The notes under the pieces were generated by a model that was not told where the DNA came from, made no database searches, and saw only the letters and a program-made list of their open reading frames with translations. A stretch of 64,000 bases of DNA from an uncultured Alphaproteobacteria bacterium (GTDB lineage: Bacteria; Pseudomonadota; Alphaproteobacteria; HIMB59; GCA-002718135): NCBI GenBank assembly GCA_902582755.1, contig CACHSZ010000002.1, positions 9,651 to 73,650 on the forward strand, read 5' to 3'. Numbering within the stretch: the stretch's first letter is position 1; every line of letters starts with the position of its first letter. Below, piece after piece: positions 19,737-28,703 of the stretch. A program made the position numbers and the translations under genes.

Positions 19737-19811
19737 TGGCAGTCTCGTAGGGACTCGAACCCCAAATTCATGTTCCGAAGACATGTGTGATATCCATTTC
19801 ACCACGAGACC
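19737..19811 (-). tRNA. tRNA-Arg, anticodon UCG (hand-folded)
   Basis: The reverse complement is GGTCTCGTGGTGAAATGGATATCACACATGTCTTCGGAACATGAATTTGGGGTTCGAGTCCCTACGAGACTGCCA. It folds with a 7-bp acceptor stem, a 4-bp D stem with GG in the loop, a 5-bp anticodon stem with loop CU-UCG-GA, a T arm TGGGG/TTCGAGT/CCCTA and an encoded CCA. Confidence 0.85.
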
Positions 19812-19859
19812 TTTTATTAATTAAACATTATATAGTATAAGTTGAGGCTTTAAAATATT

Positions 19860-20642
19860 ATGTCATTTTATCTATCTAAAATTCTTTGGTTAATCGTAAA
19901 TCCGTTTAATATTTTTATCTTCATTACTTTATTTACAATGTTTTTATATTTCATTAACTTTAGAAGATTAAGCTTAATAATTTATTTAATTAATTTTATA
20001 TTTATAGCTCTAATTTCTTTCTTGCCTATTGGAAGTTATCTTACTTATATTATTGAAAAAGAATTTCACACTAACACAAAGATTCCAGAGCGAGTAGACG
20101 GCATTCTTATTTTGGGTGGAGCAACAAATCCATTATTATTTAAAGAATTTGATCAAATAAGTTTAAATGGCTCTGCAGAAAGATTAGTTGAATCAGTAAT
20201 GATAATTAGAAAATTTGAAAAAGCTAAAGTCATTTTTAGTGGCGGATCAGGCATTGTAAATAGATCCGATCTTGGTCATTCACAAGTTGCTAAACTATTT
20301 TACAAAAAAATGGGAGTTGATATTAATAAAATTTTTTTTGAAGATAAATCAAGAAATACTCACGAAAATATAATTTATTCAAAAAAAATTGCAAAACCAA
20401 AAAAAAATGAAAATTGGTTATTAATAACATCCGCCTTTCATATGAAAAGAGCTTTACTTATAGCCGAGAAAAATAATTGGAAATTTATTCCTTACGCAGT
20501 AGATTTTAAAAATATCAAAGAATTTAAACTAACTCCTAACCTTAATTTATTATCAAATCTTAATTCATTTCAAAGTGGATTACATGAATGGCTAGGTTTA
20601 GTCTCTTATTATTTAATGGGCAAAACTGAAAAATTTTTATAA
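19860..20642 (+). CDS. DUF218 (YdcF/ElyC-like) membrane-anchored protein
   Basis: 260 aa. Two N-terminal TM helices followed by ILILGG...SGGSG...NTHENI...LITSAFHM.RA, typical of the DUF218 family. Confidence 0.7.
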   Translation: MSFYLSKILWLIVNPFNIFIFITLFTMFLYFINFRRLSLIIYLINFIFIALISFLPIGSYLTYIIEKEFHTNTKIPERVDGILILGGATNPLLFKEFDQISLNGSAERLVESVMIIRKFEKAKVIFSGGSGIVNRSDLGHSQVAKLFYKKMGVDINKIFFEDKSRNTHENIIYSKKIAKPKKNENWLLITSAFHMKRALLIAEKNNWKFIPYAVDFKNIKEFKLTPNLNLLSNLNSFQSGLHEWLGLVSYYLMGKTEKFL

Positions 20643-20819
20643 ATTTTATTAAAATCTATAAATATTAAAAATTCATATATATTTAAGAAATTATATAACA
20701 TGTAGTATTTCTTAAATCTTAAAACCAAGGATATAAAAACTTGTTATATCTCCTGAAGAAATAGAACTATTAATTTTACTATCTATTTCACTCTAACTAT
20801 TTTGTTGGTATAAATCACT

Positions 20820-22094
20820 ATGATATCTAAATTCAAACCAAATAAATATAAGCCGCTAAAATTAAATGATTTAAAAAAATTTATTAATTCAAAAAAAAAC
20901 TTAAAAAAGCTTTTTAAGAGCACTTCAAACTTAAGAGTTAAAGAAGTAGGCGATGGAAATTTGAATTTAGTTTTTTTCATTGAAAATAATTATAATGCTA
21001 TTTGCTTAAAACAACCTCTACCTTATTTGAGAGTATTAAAAGATTGGCCCCTTACTTTAAAACGCTCATATTATGAGTATGAATATTTTAATACTCACAA
21101 AAAATATGTAAAAAATCATTTTCCAAAAATTTACGATTATGACGGAGTTTTACGTTCTATAACTATGGAAAAACTATCTCCACATATAATTATGAGACAT
21201 GGATTAATAAAAGGAATTAAATACAATAGTTTTGCAGAATCAATTTCAACGTATTTAGCAAAAACGCTATTTTATACATCTGATCTTTATTTAAATGCAG
21301 AATCAAAAAAAAATTTTATTTCAAAATTTATTTCAAATACCGAACTTTGTAAAATTACAGAGGACTTGATATTCACTGATCCATATGCAGTAAATAAAAA
21401 TAACAGATGGACTAAGCCTTACTTAAATAAAATGAAGAAAAAGATAGAACAAGATGAAAAACTAAAGATTACTATAAGTCGTTTAAAATTGAAATTTATG
21501 AAAAACACCGATGCTCTTTTACATGGAGATCTTCATACAGGCTCAATAATGGTTACAAAAAAAGACACAAAAGTTATTGATCCAGAATTTGCTTTTTATG
21601 GCCCAATGGGGTTTGATGTTGGTGCACTAATAGCAAATCTATTAATGAGTTATTTTTCTCAAACTGGTCATGAAAGAAAAGTTGGAGAAAGAAAAAAATA
21701 TAAGAAATGGTTACTTGAAATAATTAAAACTATTTGGATTAAGTTTGAAAAGAAATTTTTAAAATTATGGGAAACTGAAAATCTTGGAGACGCATACCCA
21801 AAAGTACTTTTTAAAAAAAATAGTAAAAAAATGATCACAGAAAAAAAAGAGTATATGAAAAACCTATTTGAAGAAACCATTTCATATGCGGGTGCAAAAA
21901 TAATTCGTAGAATTTATGGTTTTGCTCATAACATAGATTTTGAATGGATAGAAAACACTAAAGTTAGGGCAAATTGTGAATATAAAGCATCTAATCTTGC
22001 AATTGAAATGTTAAAAAATACAAATTCTTTCAAATCTATTAATGATTTAATTAAAGTAGCAAAGAGAAATGAAAATATGAACGTAAAACTATAA
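20820..22094 (+). CDS. mtnK: 5-methylthioribose kinase
   Basis: 424 aa. EVGDGNLNLVFFI N-terminal motif and HGDLHTGSIMV...IDPEFAFYGPMGFD kinase core typical of MtnK. Confidence 0.8.
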   Translation: MISKFKPNKYKPLKLNDLKKFINSKKNLKKLFKSTSNLRVKEVGDGNLNLVFFIENNYNAICLKQPLPYLRVLKDWPLTLKRSYYEYEYFNTHKKYVKNHFPKIYDYDGVLRSITMEKLSPHIIMRHGLIKGIKYNSFAESISTYLAKTLFYTSDLYLNAESKKNFISKFISNTELCKITEDLIFTDPYAVNKNNRWTKPYLNKMKKKIEQDEKLKITISRLKLKFMKNTDALLHGDLHTGSIMVTKKDTKVIDPEFAFYGPMGFDVGALIANLLMSYFSQTGHERKVGERKKYKKWLLEIIKTIWIKFEKKFLKLWETENLGDAYPKVLFKKNSKKMITEKKEYMKNLFEETISYAGAKIIRRIYGFAHNIDFEWIENTKVRANCEYKASNLAIEMLKNTNSFKSINDLIKVAKRNENMNVKL

Positions 22095-22098
22095 TTAG

Positions 22099-23043
22099 CT
22101 AGCTATTAAATTTTTCTAACTTCTCTACAAAATCTTTCAAAATTGCGTCTCGGTTTAACATAGATACAATTTTAATTGGATGTCTTCTTTGATCAACACT
22201 CCAGGTCATGTTATCAGATAGTACAGGTGAGGGGATTAAATTTGTTGGAGTCCATTTTTCATCTAAAACCCAAGCTACTGCGGCCATATCCCATAATTCT
22301 TTTGACCAACATTTATGATCATCACTATACTCTTTAAATCTCATTGCTAAAAATTTTCCTATTTCGCCATGAGGTTCTATATACTTTTCTACTTCAGGTA
22401 CAGTTGAGGTCAGATGTGTTGTAACTCCTGCACATGGAACCATTACTAAAGGTACACCACAATCAAATAAAACTTGAGTGCCACCTACATCTTGTTTTAA
22501 ATTATAGTCATAGGAATGAGGCCAATACAAAGCATTACCCCCAAGCCAAACAACAACAATTTTGTCTTTTATCTCTGGAGCTTTTAGTAAAGCTGAAGAT
22601 ACGTTACTAATTGCTCCTATAGCAATTACATAGAGCGGATCTTCTTTACTTCCTGCTTTAGCTTTATTAATTAAGTCATCAACCGCAGGTGCATCAATGG
22701 ATTCTTTTTTTGAACCAATGTATTCTGTTACACCTTTATGGACTAATCCTTCCGGTGATATGTTAATTCTTTCAAGACATCTTAGTATTTCATCATAGCT
22801 TAACTCCATACCTTTACCTGGATGATCTGATCTATCATTCATTGAGAAGGGAGCTGGATATATAGCTTCGACTTTAATTCTATCCGTAGAAAGCATCATT
22901 TGCACAAGTGCAAACTGATCGTCTATTTCATTATAAGTGTCTGTATCTAAAACAGCCCTTACTTTACCTTTTCTTGGTTTAAGTAAATTCAAGATATCAG
23001 TGTCGTCTCTTTCGTGGTAAAATGATTTTTCAAAATGTCCCAT
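22099..23043 (-). CDS. inosine/uridine-preferring nucleoside hydrolase family protein
   Basis: 314 aa. The DTDTYNEIDDQFAL aspartate cluster (DxDxxxDD) defines the IUNH family. Confidence 0.8.
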   Translation of the reverse strand: MGHFEKSFYHERDDTDILNLLKPRKGKVRAVLDTDTYNEIDDQFALVQMMLSTDRIKVEAIYPAPFSMNDRSDHPGKGMELSYDEILRCLERINISPEGLVHKGVTEYIGSKKESIDAPAVDDLINKAKAGSKEDPLYVIAIGAISNVSSALLKAPEIKDKIVVVWLGGNALYWPHSYDYNLKQDVGGTQVLFDCGVPLVMVPCAGVTTHLTSTVPEVEKYIEPHGEIGKFLAMRFKEYSDDHKCWSKELWDMAAVAWVLDEKWTPTNLIPSPVLSDNMTWSVDQRRHPIKIVSMLNRDAILKDFVEKLEKFNS

Positions 23044-23186
23044 TTGTAATTTGTATCAGTAATTATTAATTATTTATATTAGTATTTTCCCTAGAATTAT
23101 AAAATATTCTTAATATGTTCCTTTTTTCCTTCTAAAATTTACACTTTTATGATGTTATCTTTTAAGAAATTATCTGGGAGGATAAA

Positions 23187-24446
23187 ATGAAAAAAATATT
23201 AGCAAGCCTATGCACTATATTTTTATTTAGTAACATAGTTACTAGTGCAAAAGCTGAAATTAACTTTCTTATTGGAACGTGGGCTGAGGAACCTCTTACA
23301 CCTTTTGTCGAAGCGTTTGAAAAAGAAACAGGTATTGAAGTAAATATCCAAACATTTCCATTTAGAGATTTACTGGCAACTATTGAAGTCAGGGGAAATG
23401 CGCAAGCTGATGATGTTGATGTAATATTTGTTGATGCACCATTAGTTCCATCTTATGCAGTAAGAGGTATGATCGGTCCAATGGATCAATATTTTGCAGA
23501 CACTAGTGTTAATGCAATATTCGCTCCTGCTGGTATTGCCGCTGCTTCATGGAATGGAGAAATGTATGCTCCTCCTCTAAACAACTCTGGTCAGCTAACT
23601 TATTATAATAAAGATTTACTTGCTAAAGCAGGTTGTGCTGAACCTTCAATGATTGAAGCAGAAAGAGTAACTTGGGAGGAAATAGTTGATTGTGCAAAAA
23701 AAATAACTGATGAAGCTAATGGCGTTCATGGTTTTATCTTTGACCAAATTAGTAGATACTATCAGCTACAAGCACTACCTGAATCTGCTGGTGGTGGATC
23801 TGGAGTTTGTGAGGGCGGATTATCTGTTAAGGGCTGTCTAACAAATGATGGATGGATGAAAGCTGGTCAGTTTTATTATGACATCCACAACACTTCTAAC
23901 ATTTCTCCAAAAGGAGTAGGTCCTGATCAAACTCATGAGTTATTTGGTTTAGGTAAAATTGGAATATTTGTTGGTGGATCTTGGAATAATGGAAGATGGG
24001 CTGATACAGATCTTAATTATGGTGTAGCTCTACATCCTTATTTTGAAGGTGGAAAAGTTGTTACTGGCTGTAACAGTTGGCACATAGGTGTTTGGAATTA
24101 TTCAAAACAAAAAGATGATGCTGCTAAGCTTGTTAGATATTTAACTGCAAGTCCAGAAGTAGCAATTCATTATGTTGAAGAACATAATTCTTTACCAGCA
24201 CATAACTCCGCAATACTTCATGTTGCTGAGGATCCAAAATTCAACAACTTCCCTGGAATTGTTATGAACTTAGCTACATATGAGTCAGCAAATCATTGCG
24301 CTACTAGAGGAAGAACACCTGGTTTCTTAGAGTTTGAAGAAATAGTTAACACTAGTTTTGAAGATATAAGAAATGGTGGTGATCCAGCTTCTGTTTTTGC
24401 AGATGCTGAATCTAGAATTGAATCTTCTATGAGACGTTATAAGTAA
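23187..24446 (+). CDS. ABC transporter periplasmic solute-binding protein (family 1, sugar/CUT1-like)
   Basis: 419 aa. Signal peptide MKKILASLCTIFLFSNIVTSAKA. SD GGGAGGA lies upstream and two MalF/MalG-type permeases lie downstream. Confidence 0.8.
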   Translation: MKKILASLCTIFLFSNIVTSAKAEINFLIGTWAEEPLTPFVEAFEKETGIEVNIQTFPFRDLLATIEVRGNAQADDVDVIFVDAPLVPSYAVRGMIGPMDQYFADTSVNAIFAPAGIAAASWNGEMYAPPLNNSGQLTYYNKDLLAKAGCAEPSMIEAERVTWEEIVDCAKKITDEANGVHGFIFDQISRYYQLQALPESAGGGSGVCEGGLSVKGCLTNDGWMKAGQFYYDIHNTSNISPKGVGPDQTHELFGLGKIGIFVGGSWNNGRWADTDLNYGVALHPYFEGGKVVTGCNSWHIGVWNYSKQKDDAAKLVRYLTASPEVAIHYVEEHNSLPAHNSAILHVAEDPKFNNFPGIVMNLATYESANHCATRGRTPGFLEFEEIVNTSFEDIRNGGDPASVFADAESRIESSMRRYK

Positions 24447-24457
24447 TGTATATTTTT

Positions 24458-24481
24458 ATCACGCGGTTTTTACCGCGTGAT
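24458..24481 (+). terminator. intercistronic GC-rich hairpin (terminator/attenuator or mRNA stabiliser) after the binding-protein gene
   Basis: Perfect inverted repeat ATCACGCGGT-tttt-ACCGCGTGAT, 11 nt after the stop codon and followed by aTCTTTTaTCTT. Confidence 0.55.
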
Positions 24482-24498
24482 ATCTTTTATCTTAAAGT

Positions 24499-25392
24499 AT
24501 GAATTTTTTTAAAAGACAATGGATGGTTCCATACCTGTTTTTAGCACCAGCTCTTATTGGAACTATTGCTTTTAAACTTTACCCTATTTTTATTGGCTTC
24601 TGGGAAAGCCTTATCTACACAAGCTTTAGTGGTGGTGCTGAAAAAAGAATTTTTGTTTGGTTTGAAAATTATCAATATTTATTTGACGATAAAATATTTT
24701 GGAAATCTCTAGAAATAACTGCTTTTTTAACAATTATTATTAACCCTCTTCAAATAGCTATGTCATTGGGATTAGCATTATTATTGATGAGGAAATCAAA
24801 ATTTATTAGAATTATTAGATCACTCTACCTATTACCAATTGGGATAGCACTTCCTATCGCTACAATTATCTGGGGCCTAATGTTAGATCCAAACCAAGGA
24901 TTGATTAATGGTCTAATTGGAGTTTTTGGAATTCCTCCACAACCTTTCTTGGTTAGTGAAAATCAAGCCTTATGGTGCATAATTGCAATTGCTACTTGGA
25001 AAGGTGTAGCGTTTTGGATGTTGTTCTTATTGGCAGGACTTGAGGATATTCCTAAACAATACTTCGAGGCTGCAGAGATTGATGGTGCAACACCTTTCCA
25101 AAAATTTAGATATGTTACGATCCCACAATTAAAAAGAACAATACTTTTTGTCTTCGTAGCAGATACAGCAGCAAATTTTGTTTTAATGGTTCCAATGATT
25201 ATTTTAACTAAAGGTGGTCCATTACAATCAACTAATGTTTTAATTTATGAAGGTTACAGAAGTGGATTTTATTATCAAGATTGGGGAAGATCTCTTTCAA
25301 TCGTAACTATTCTAACTGTTATAACTCTTATAGTTATAGGTCTTCAGCTATTATTTTTAAGTGAAAAAAATGAAGGAATAAAAGTCAAATGA
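24499..25392 (+). CDS. ABC transporter permease (MalF/UgpA-like)
   Basis: 297 aa, 6 TM segments, with the EAA loop EAAEIDGATPFQKFRYVTIPQL. Confidence 0.9.
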   Translation: MNFFKRQWMVPYLFLAPALIGTIAFKLYPIFIGFWESLIYTSFSGGAEKRIFVWFENYQYLFDDKIFWKSLEITAFLTIIINPLQIAMSLGLALLLMRKSKFIRIIRSLYLLPIGIALPIATIIWGLMLDPNQGLINGLIGVFGIPPQPFLVSENQALWCIIAIATWKGVAFWMLFLLAGLEDIPKQYFEAAEIDGATPFQKFRYVTIPQLKRTILFVFVADTAANFVLMVPMIILTKGGPLQSTNVLIYEGYRSGFYYQDWGRSLSIVTILTVITLIVIGLQLLFLSEKNEGIKVK

Positions 25393-26228
25393 TAATGCAT
25401 TTTAAAAGACAATGGTCTGTTTATTTATGGTATTTAATTATCTTTATTGGATTAATTATAACTATTCTCCCTTTTTGGTGGGGAGTAGCAGCTTCATTTA
25501 AAAGTAACTCTGAAATTTTTAGAGATCTTGCTCCAATAAACTATAAAGCATTCATTCCAGGATTTTCATTAGATTCATATTTTGCAATTTTTGAAAATGA
25601 TTTTGGTCGATCCATGTTAAACACTTTTTTTGTTTCTATAACCTCTGTTGCTGGTGGTTTATTAATTAACTCCATGGCTGGGTTTGCATTCGCACAATTT
25701 AGATTTAAAGGTGATAACATAATTTTTGGCTTTGTTCTTCTATCTTTTGCAGTACCAGCGGATGCAATTGCAATTCCTTTGTTTAAAATGATGAGGCAAA
25801 TAGGGTGGTTTGATACATTCTATGCATTAATAATTCCTATGCTAGCAAATGGATTAATTATTTTTTTATATCGACAATTTTTTTTGGGTATTCCAAAAGA
25901 GCTTATTGAGGCGGCAAGAGTTGATGGATTAAGTTGGTTTGGTGTATTTTGGAGAATTTGTCTTCCTCTTTCAGTACCAGTTACTCTTGGTGCTGGATTA
26001 CTTCTATTTGTCTTTCAATGGGAATCTTACCTTTGGCCCTTAATAGCAGCTCCCTCACCTGAGCTCCATCTTATTCAAGTTACGCTTGGAAGATTTTCAA
26101 CTGAATATGAGATGGTATGGAATCAGCAATTTGCTGCATCCTCAATTGCAGGATTTCTTCCTTTAGTATTTATTTATATGTTTCAGAAACAATTTGTTAG
26201 TGCACTAACTGGAGTAGAGCAAAAATAA
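25389..26228 (+). CDS. ABC transporter permease (MalG/UgpE-like)
   Basis: 279 aa with the EAA loop EAARVDGLSWFGVFWRICLPL. Overlaps the upstream permease by 4 nt. Confidence 0.9.
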   Translation: MIMHFKRQWSVYLWYLIIFIGLIITILPFWWGVAASFKSNSEIFRDLAPINYKAFIPGFSLDSYFAIFENDFGRSMLNTFFVSITSVAGGLLINSMAGFAFAQFRFKGDNIIFGFVLLSFAVPADAIAIPLFKMMRQIGWFDTFYALIIPMLANGLIIFLYRQFFLGIPKELIEAARVDGLSWFGVFWRICLPLSVPVTLGAGLLLFVFQWESYLWPLIAAPSPELHLIQVTLGRFSTEYEMVWNQQFAASSIAGFLPLVFIYMFQKQFVSALTGVEQK

Positions 26229-26237
26229 TTTAAACAA

Positions 26238-26801
26238 TTACCAAGAAGTATTAGGCTGTTTTAAGAAATCTATTTCTTCTATTGTGCTTTCTCTTTTTAA
26301 TATCTTATTTCTATGAGGATATCTTCCAAACTTTTTAATTGCTATAGTATGATAATTCCAAGCTTTTTTTATATTATCGAACTCTAAATGTTTATTTAAG
26401 TATTGATCAACTAGTTTATGTCCAAGAATATGATCATCCATATCTTCACTATGAATTAAAGGTAATAATAAAAAATGAATTTTGTCATTACCTAATTTTT
26501 CTAAAAATCTTTTACTTATTGCATTTCTTACTATTGATATGCACCTAGCATCTTGGCCATATGCTTTTGAACTATTTCTAAAAAAATTTCTTGATAATTG
26601 ATCAAGCAACACAATTAACGCAACACATTCTTCGGGATTATTAGACCAACTATCATATTCATTATTTATCGCTTTCATATAATCAGTCATAAAATTATTC
26701 TTCAAAATTTCGTCAAATTTTTCACTTTTTTGAAACCATTGTTCAAGTTGAGTTTTGACAAAACAAAATTCTAAGATCGCTTTAGCTCTTTCATTAATCA
26801 C
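26238..26801 (-). CDS. DUF924 family protein
   Basis: 187 aa. LLDQLSRNFFR...H.....F.RYPHRN pattern typical of DUF924. Confidence 0.65.
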   Translation of the reverse strand: MINERAKAILEFCFVKTQLEQWFQKSEKFDEILKNNFMTDYMKAINNEYDSWSNNPEECVALIVLLDQLSRNFFRNSSKAYGQDARCISIVRNAISKRFLEKLGNDKIHFLLLPLIHSEDMDDHILGHKLVDQYLNKHLEFDNIKKAWNYHTIAIKKFGRYPHRNKILKRESTIEEIDFLKQPNTSW

Positions 26802-26831
26802 TTAGCTGTAATATAGATATATATTCTCCAA

Positions 26832-27503
26832 ATGACATTAAGTAATTTAAATAAAACTATAACTCGTTGTACTAAGTGTGAACGTTTAGTTAATTTCCGT
26901 GAAAAAATTGCAAAGGAAAAAAGAAAACAATACATCGATCAAATATATTGGGGTAAGCCTATTACTGGGTATGGTGATCAAAAAGCAAAATTATTAATGG
27001 TAGGTCTTGCACCTGCTGCTCACGGTGGCAATAGAACAGGTCGTGTTTTTACAGGTGATAAATCTGCAGATTTTTTATTTTCTTGTTTATATAAAACTGG
27101 ATTTGCAAATCAACCTAACTCTACAAACAAAAATGATGGTTTAGAATTAAAAAATATGTATTTAACTACTGCCCTTAAGTGTGTTCCACCAGAAGATAAA
27201 CCTACCTCTAAAGAATTAAAAACTTGTTTTAATTATTTTAACGAAGAAATAAGTTATTTAAAAAATGTAAGCATTATAGTTGCTCTTGGAAAAATTGGTT
27301 ATGATGCGTGTTTAAATTATTATAAACAATACTATGAAATAAAAAACAAAGATTTTATTTTCTCTCATGGTTCAAAAAATATTTTACCAGATAATAAATT
27401 ATTAGTTGGAAGTTATCACCCAAGTCCAAGAAATGTAAATACTGGAAGAATAAATCAAAATAAAATGGTGAAACTTTTAAATAATATAAAAGAAATCCTT
27501 TGA
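26832..27503 (+). CDS. uracil-DNA glycosylase superfamily protein (family 4/5-like, Fe-S type)
   Basis: 223 aa. C.KC...V N-terminus, GLAPAAHGGNRTGRVFTGD and SYHPSPRN motifs. Confidence 0.8.
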   Translation: MTLSNLNKTITRCTKCERLVNFREKIAKEKRKQYIDQIYWGKPITGYGDQKAKLLMVGLAPAAHGGNRTGRVFTGDKSADFLFSCLYKTGFANQPNSTNKNDGLELKNMYLTTALKCVPPEDKPTSKELKTCFNYFNEEISYLKNVSIIVALGKIGYDACLNYYKQYYEIKNKDFIFSHGSKNILPDNKLLVGSYHPSPRNVNTGRINQNKMVKLLNNIKEIL

Positions 27504-27509
27504 GTATAT

Positions 27510-28703
27510 ATGAAAAGATTTTTTTTTCATGATCCTTATCTATTAATTTATGGTTTTGTAATTGTATTTTTTGGAAGTTATGGGCAAACTTTCTATATCG
27601 CGCTATTCAATGAAGACATTCGTAATTTTTATAATTTAACTGATGGTCAATTTGGATTTGTATATGCTATAGCAACACTTGTTAGTTCCTTTTTATTTAT
27701 TAACTTCGCTAAACTAATTGATAAAATTGAATTAAGAATTTATTCCACTTTAATAATAATTGGTTTAGCATTAGCATGCATTGGTTTTAATTTTATTTTT
27801 GATAATATTATTCACCTTTTTATAATTCTATTTTTATTAAGATTTTTTGGGCAGGGTGCAATGACACATGCAGGTTCTACATCTATGGCACGTTATTTTA
27901 TTCTTGATAGAGGTAAAGCAATATCTGTAGCTACTTTAGGGGGAATGTTAGGAATAATGCTTATACCTAAATTAGTGGTTAGTTTACAAACCTTTTTAGA
28001 TTTCAAAAGCATATGGTTCTATTCAGCTATAAGCTTGCTTTTGTTAATACCTTTTGTGTCTATTTTACTTTTTGATCAAAAGAATAGAGATGTGATTCTT
28101 CTAAAAAATATAGAAGATAAACAAGTACACAAGCACTGGACTATTACTCAAATACTTACTGATAGAATCTTTTTCATTTATTTTCCTTTAGCTTTAAGTT
28201 CCCCATTTATTGGAACTGGTTTAATTTTTCATCAGATTTTTATTTTTGACTCTAAAGGATGGTCAATTGAAATGCTTGGAGATGGATATTTAATATTTGG
28301 TTTGTGTTCAATTTTTGGACTGATAATTGGCGGACCTTTGATTGACAAAATAAATACTAAAAAAGCAATACCATTTGTTTTAGTACCTTTACTTATTAGT
28401 GTTTTTATTCTCTTCTTTTTTAATAATTATTTTGCATTTGTAATTTATATGTCACTTTTTGGTTTTAACCTTGGTTTATCCGCCCCCTTTATGGGCTCTC
28501 TTTGGGCAGAAATTTATGGAGTAAAAAGTATTGGTACTGCGAAGGCATTACTTCACGGAGTTGGAGTATTTGCAAGTGCGTTATCTCCAGTAATTTTTGG
28601 ATATGCAATAGATTGGGGTTTTGGAATAGTAGCAATCTTTTTAATTAGCTCAATTATGATTATTGTATCTGCAGTTTTACCTATAGTTTATAAACATGAC
28701 TAA
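27510..28703 (+). CDS. major facilitator superfamily transporter
   Basis: 397 aa, about 12 TM segments. Substrate unknown. Confidence 0.75.
   Translation: MKRFFFHDPYLLIYGFVIVFFGSYGQTFYIALFNEDIRNFYNLTDGQFGFVYAIATLVSSFLFINFAKLIDKIELRIYSTLIIIGLALACIGFNFIFDNIIHLFIILFLLRFFGQGAMTHAGSTSMARYFILDRGKAISVATLGGMLGIMLIPKLVVSLQTFLDFKSIWFYSAISLLLLIPFVSILLFDQKNRDVILLKNIEDKQVHKHWTITQILTDRIFFIYFPLALSSPFIGTGLIFHQIFIFDSKGWSIEMLGDGYLIFGLCSIFGLIIGGPLIDKINTKKAIPFVLVPLLISVFILFFFNNYFAFVIYMSLFGFNLGLSAPFMGSLWAEIYGVKSIGTAKALLHGVGVFASALSPVIFGYAIDWGFGIVAIFLISSIMIIVSAVLPIVYKHD

Noticed and set aside
20783-20980. 65-aa minus-strand ORF overlapping the mtnK start
   Set aside because: It overlaps the conserved MtnK N-terminus, has a Lys/Phe-rich low-complexity product and has no independent support.
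19737-23043. A tRNA gene as a possible integration site for a genomic island (flanking DUF218, mtnK and hydrolase genes)
   Set aside because: There is no integrase, no direct repeat of the tRNA 3' end, no compositional shift and no mobile-element genes nearby.
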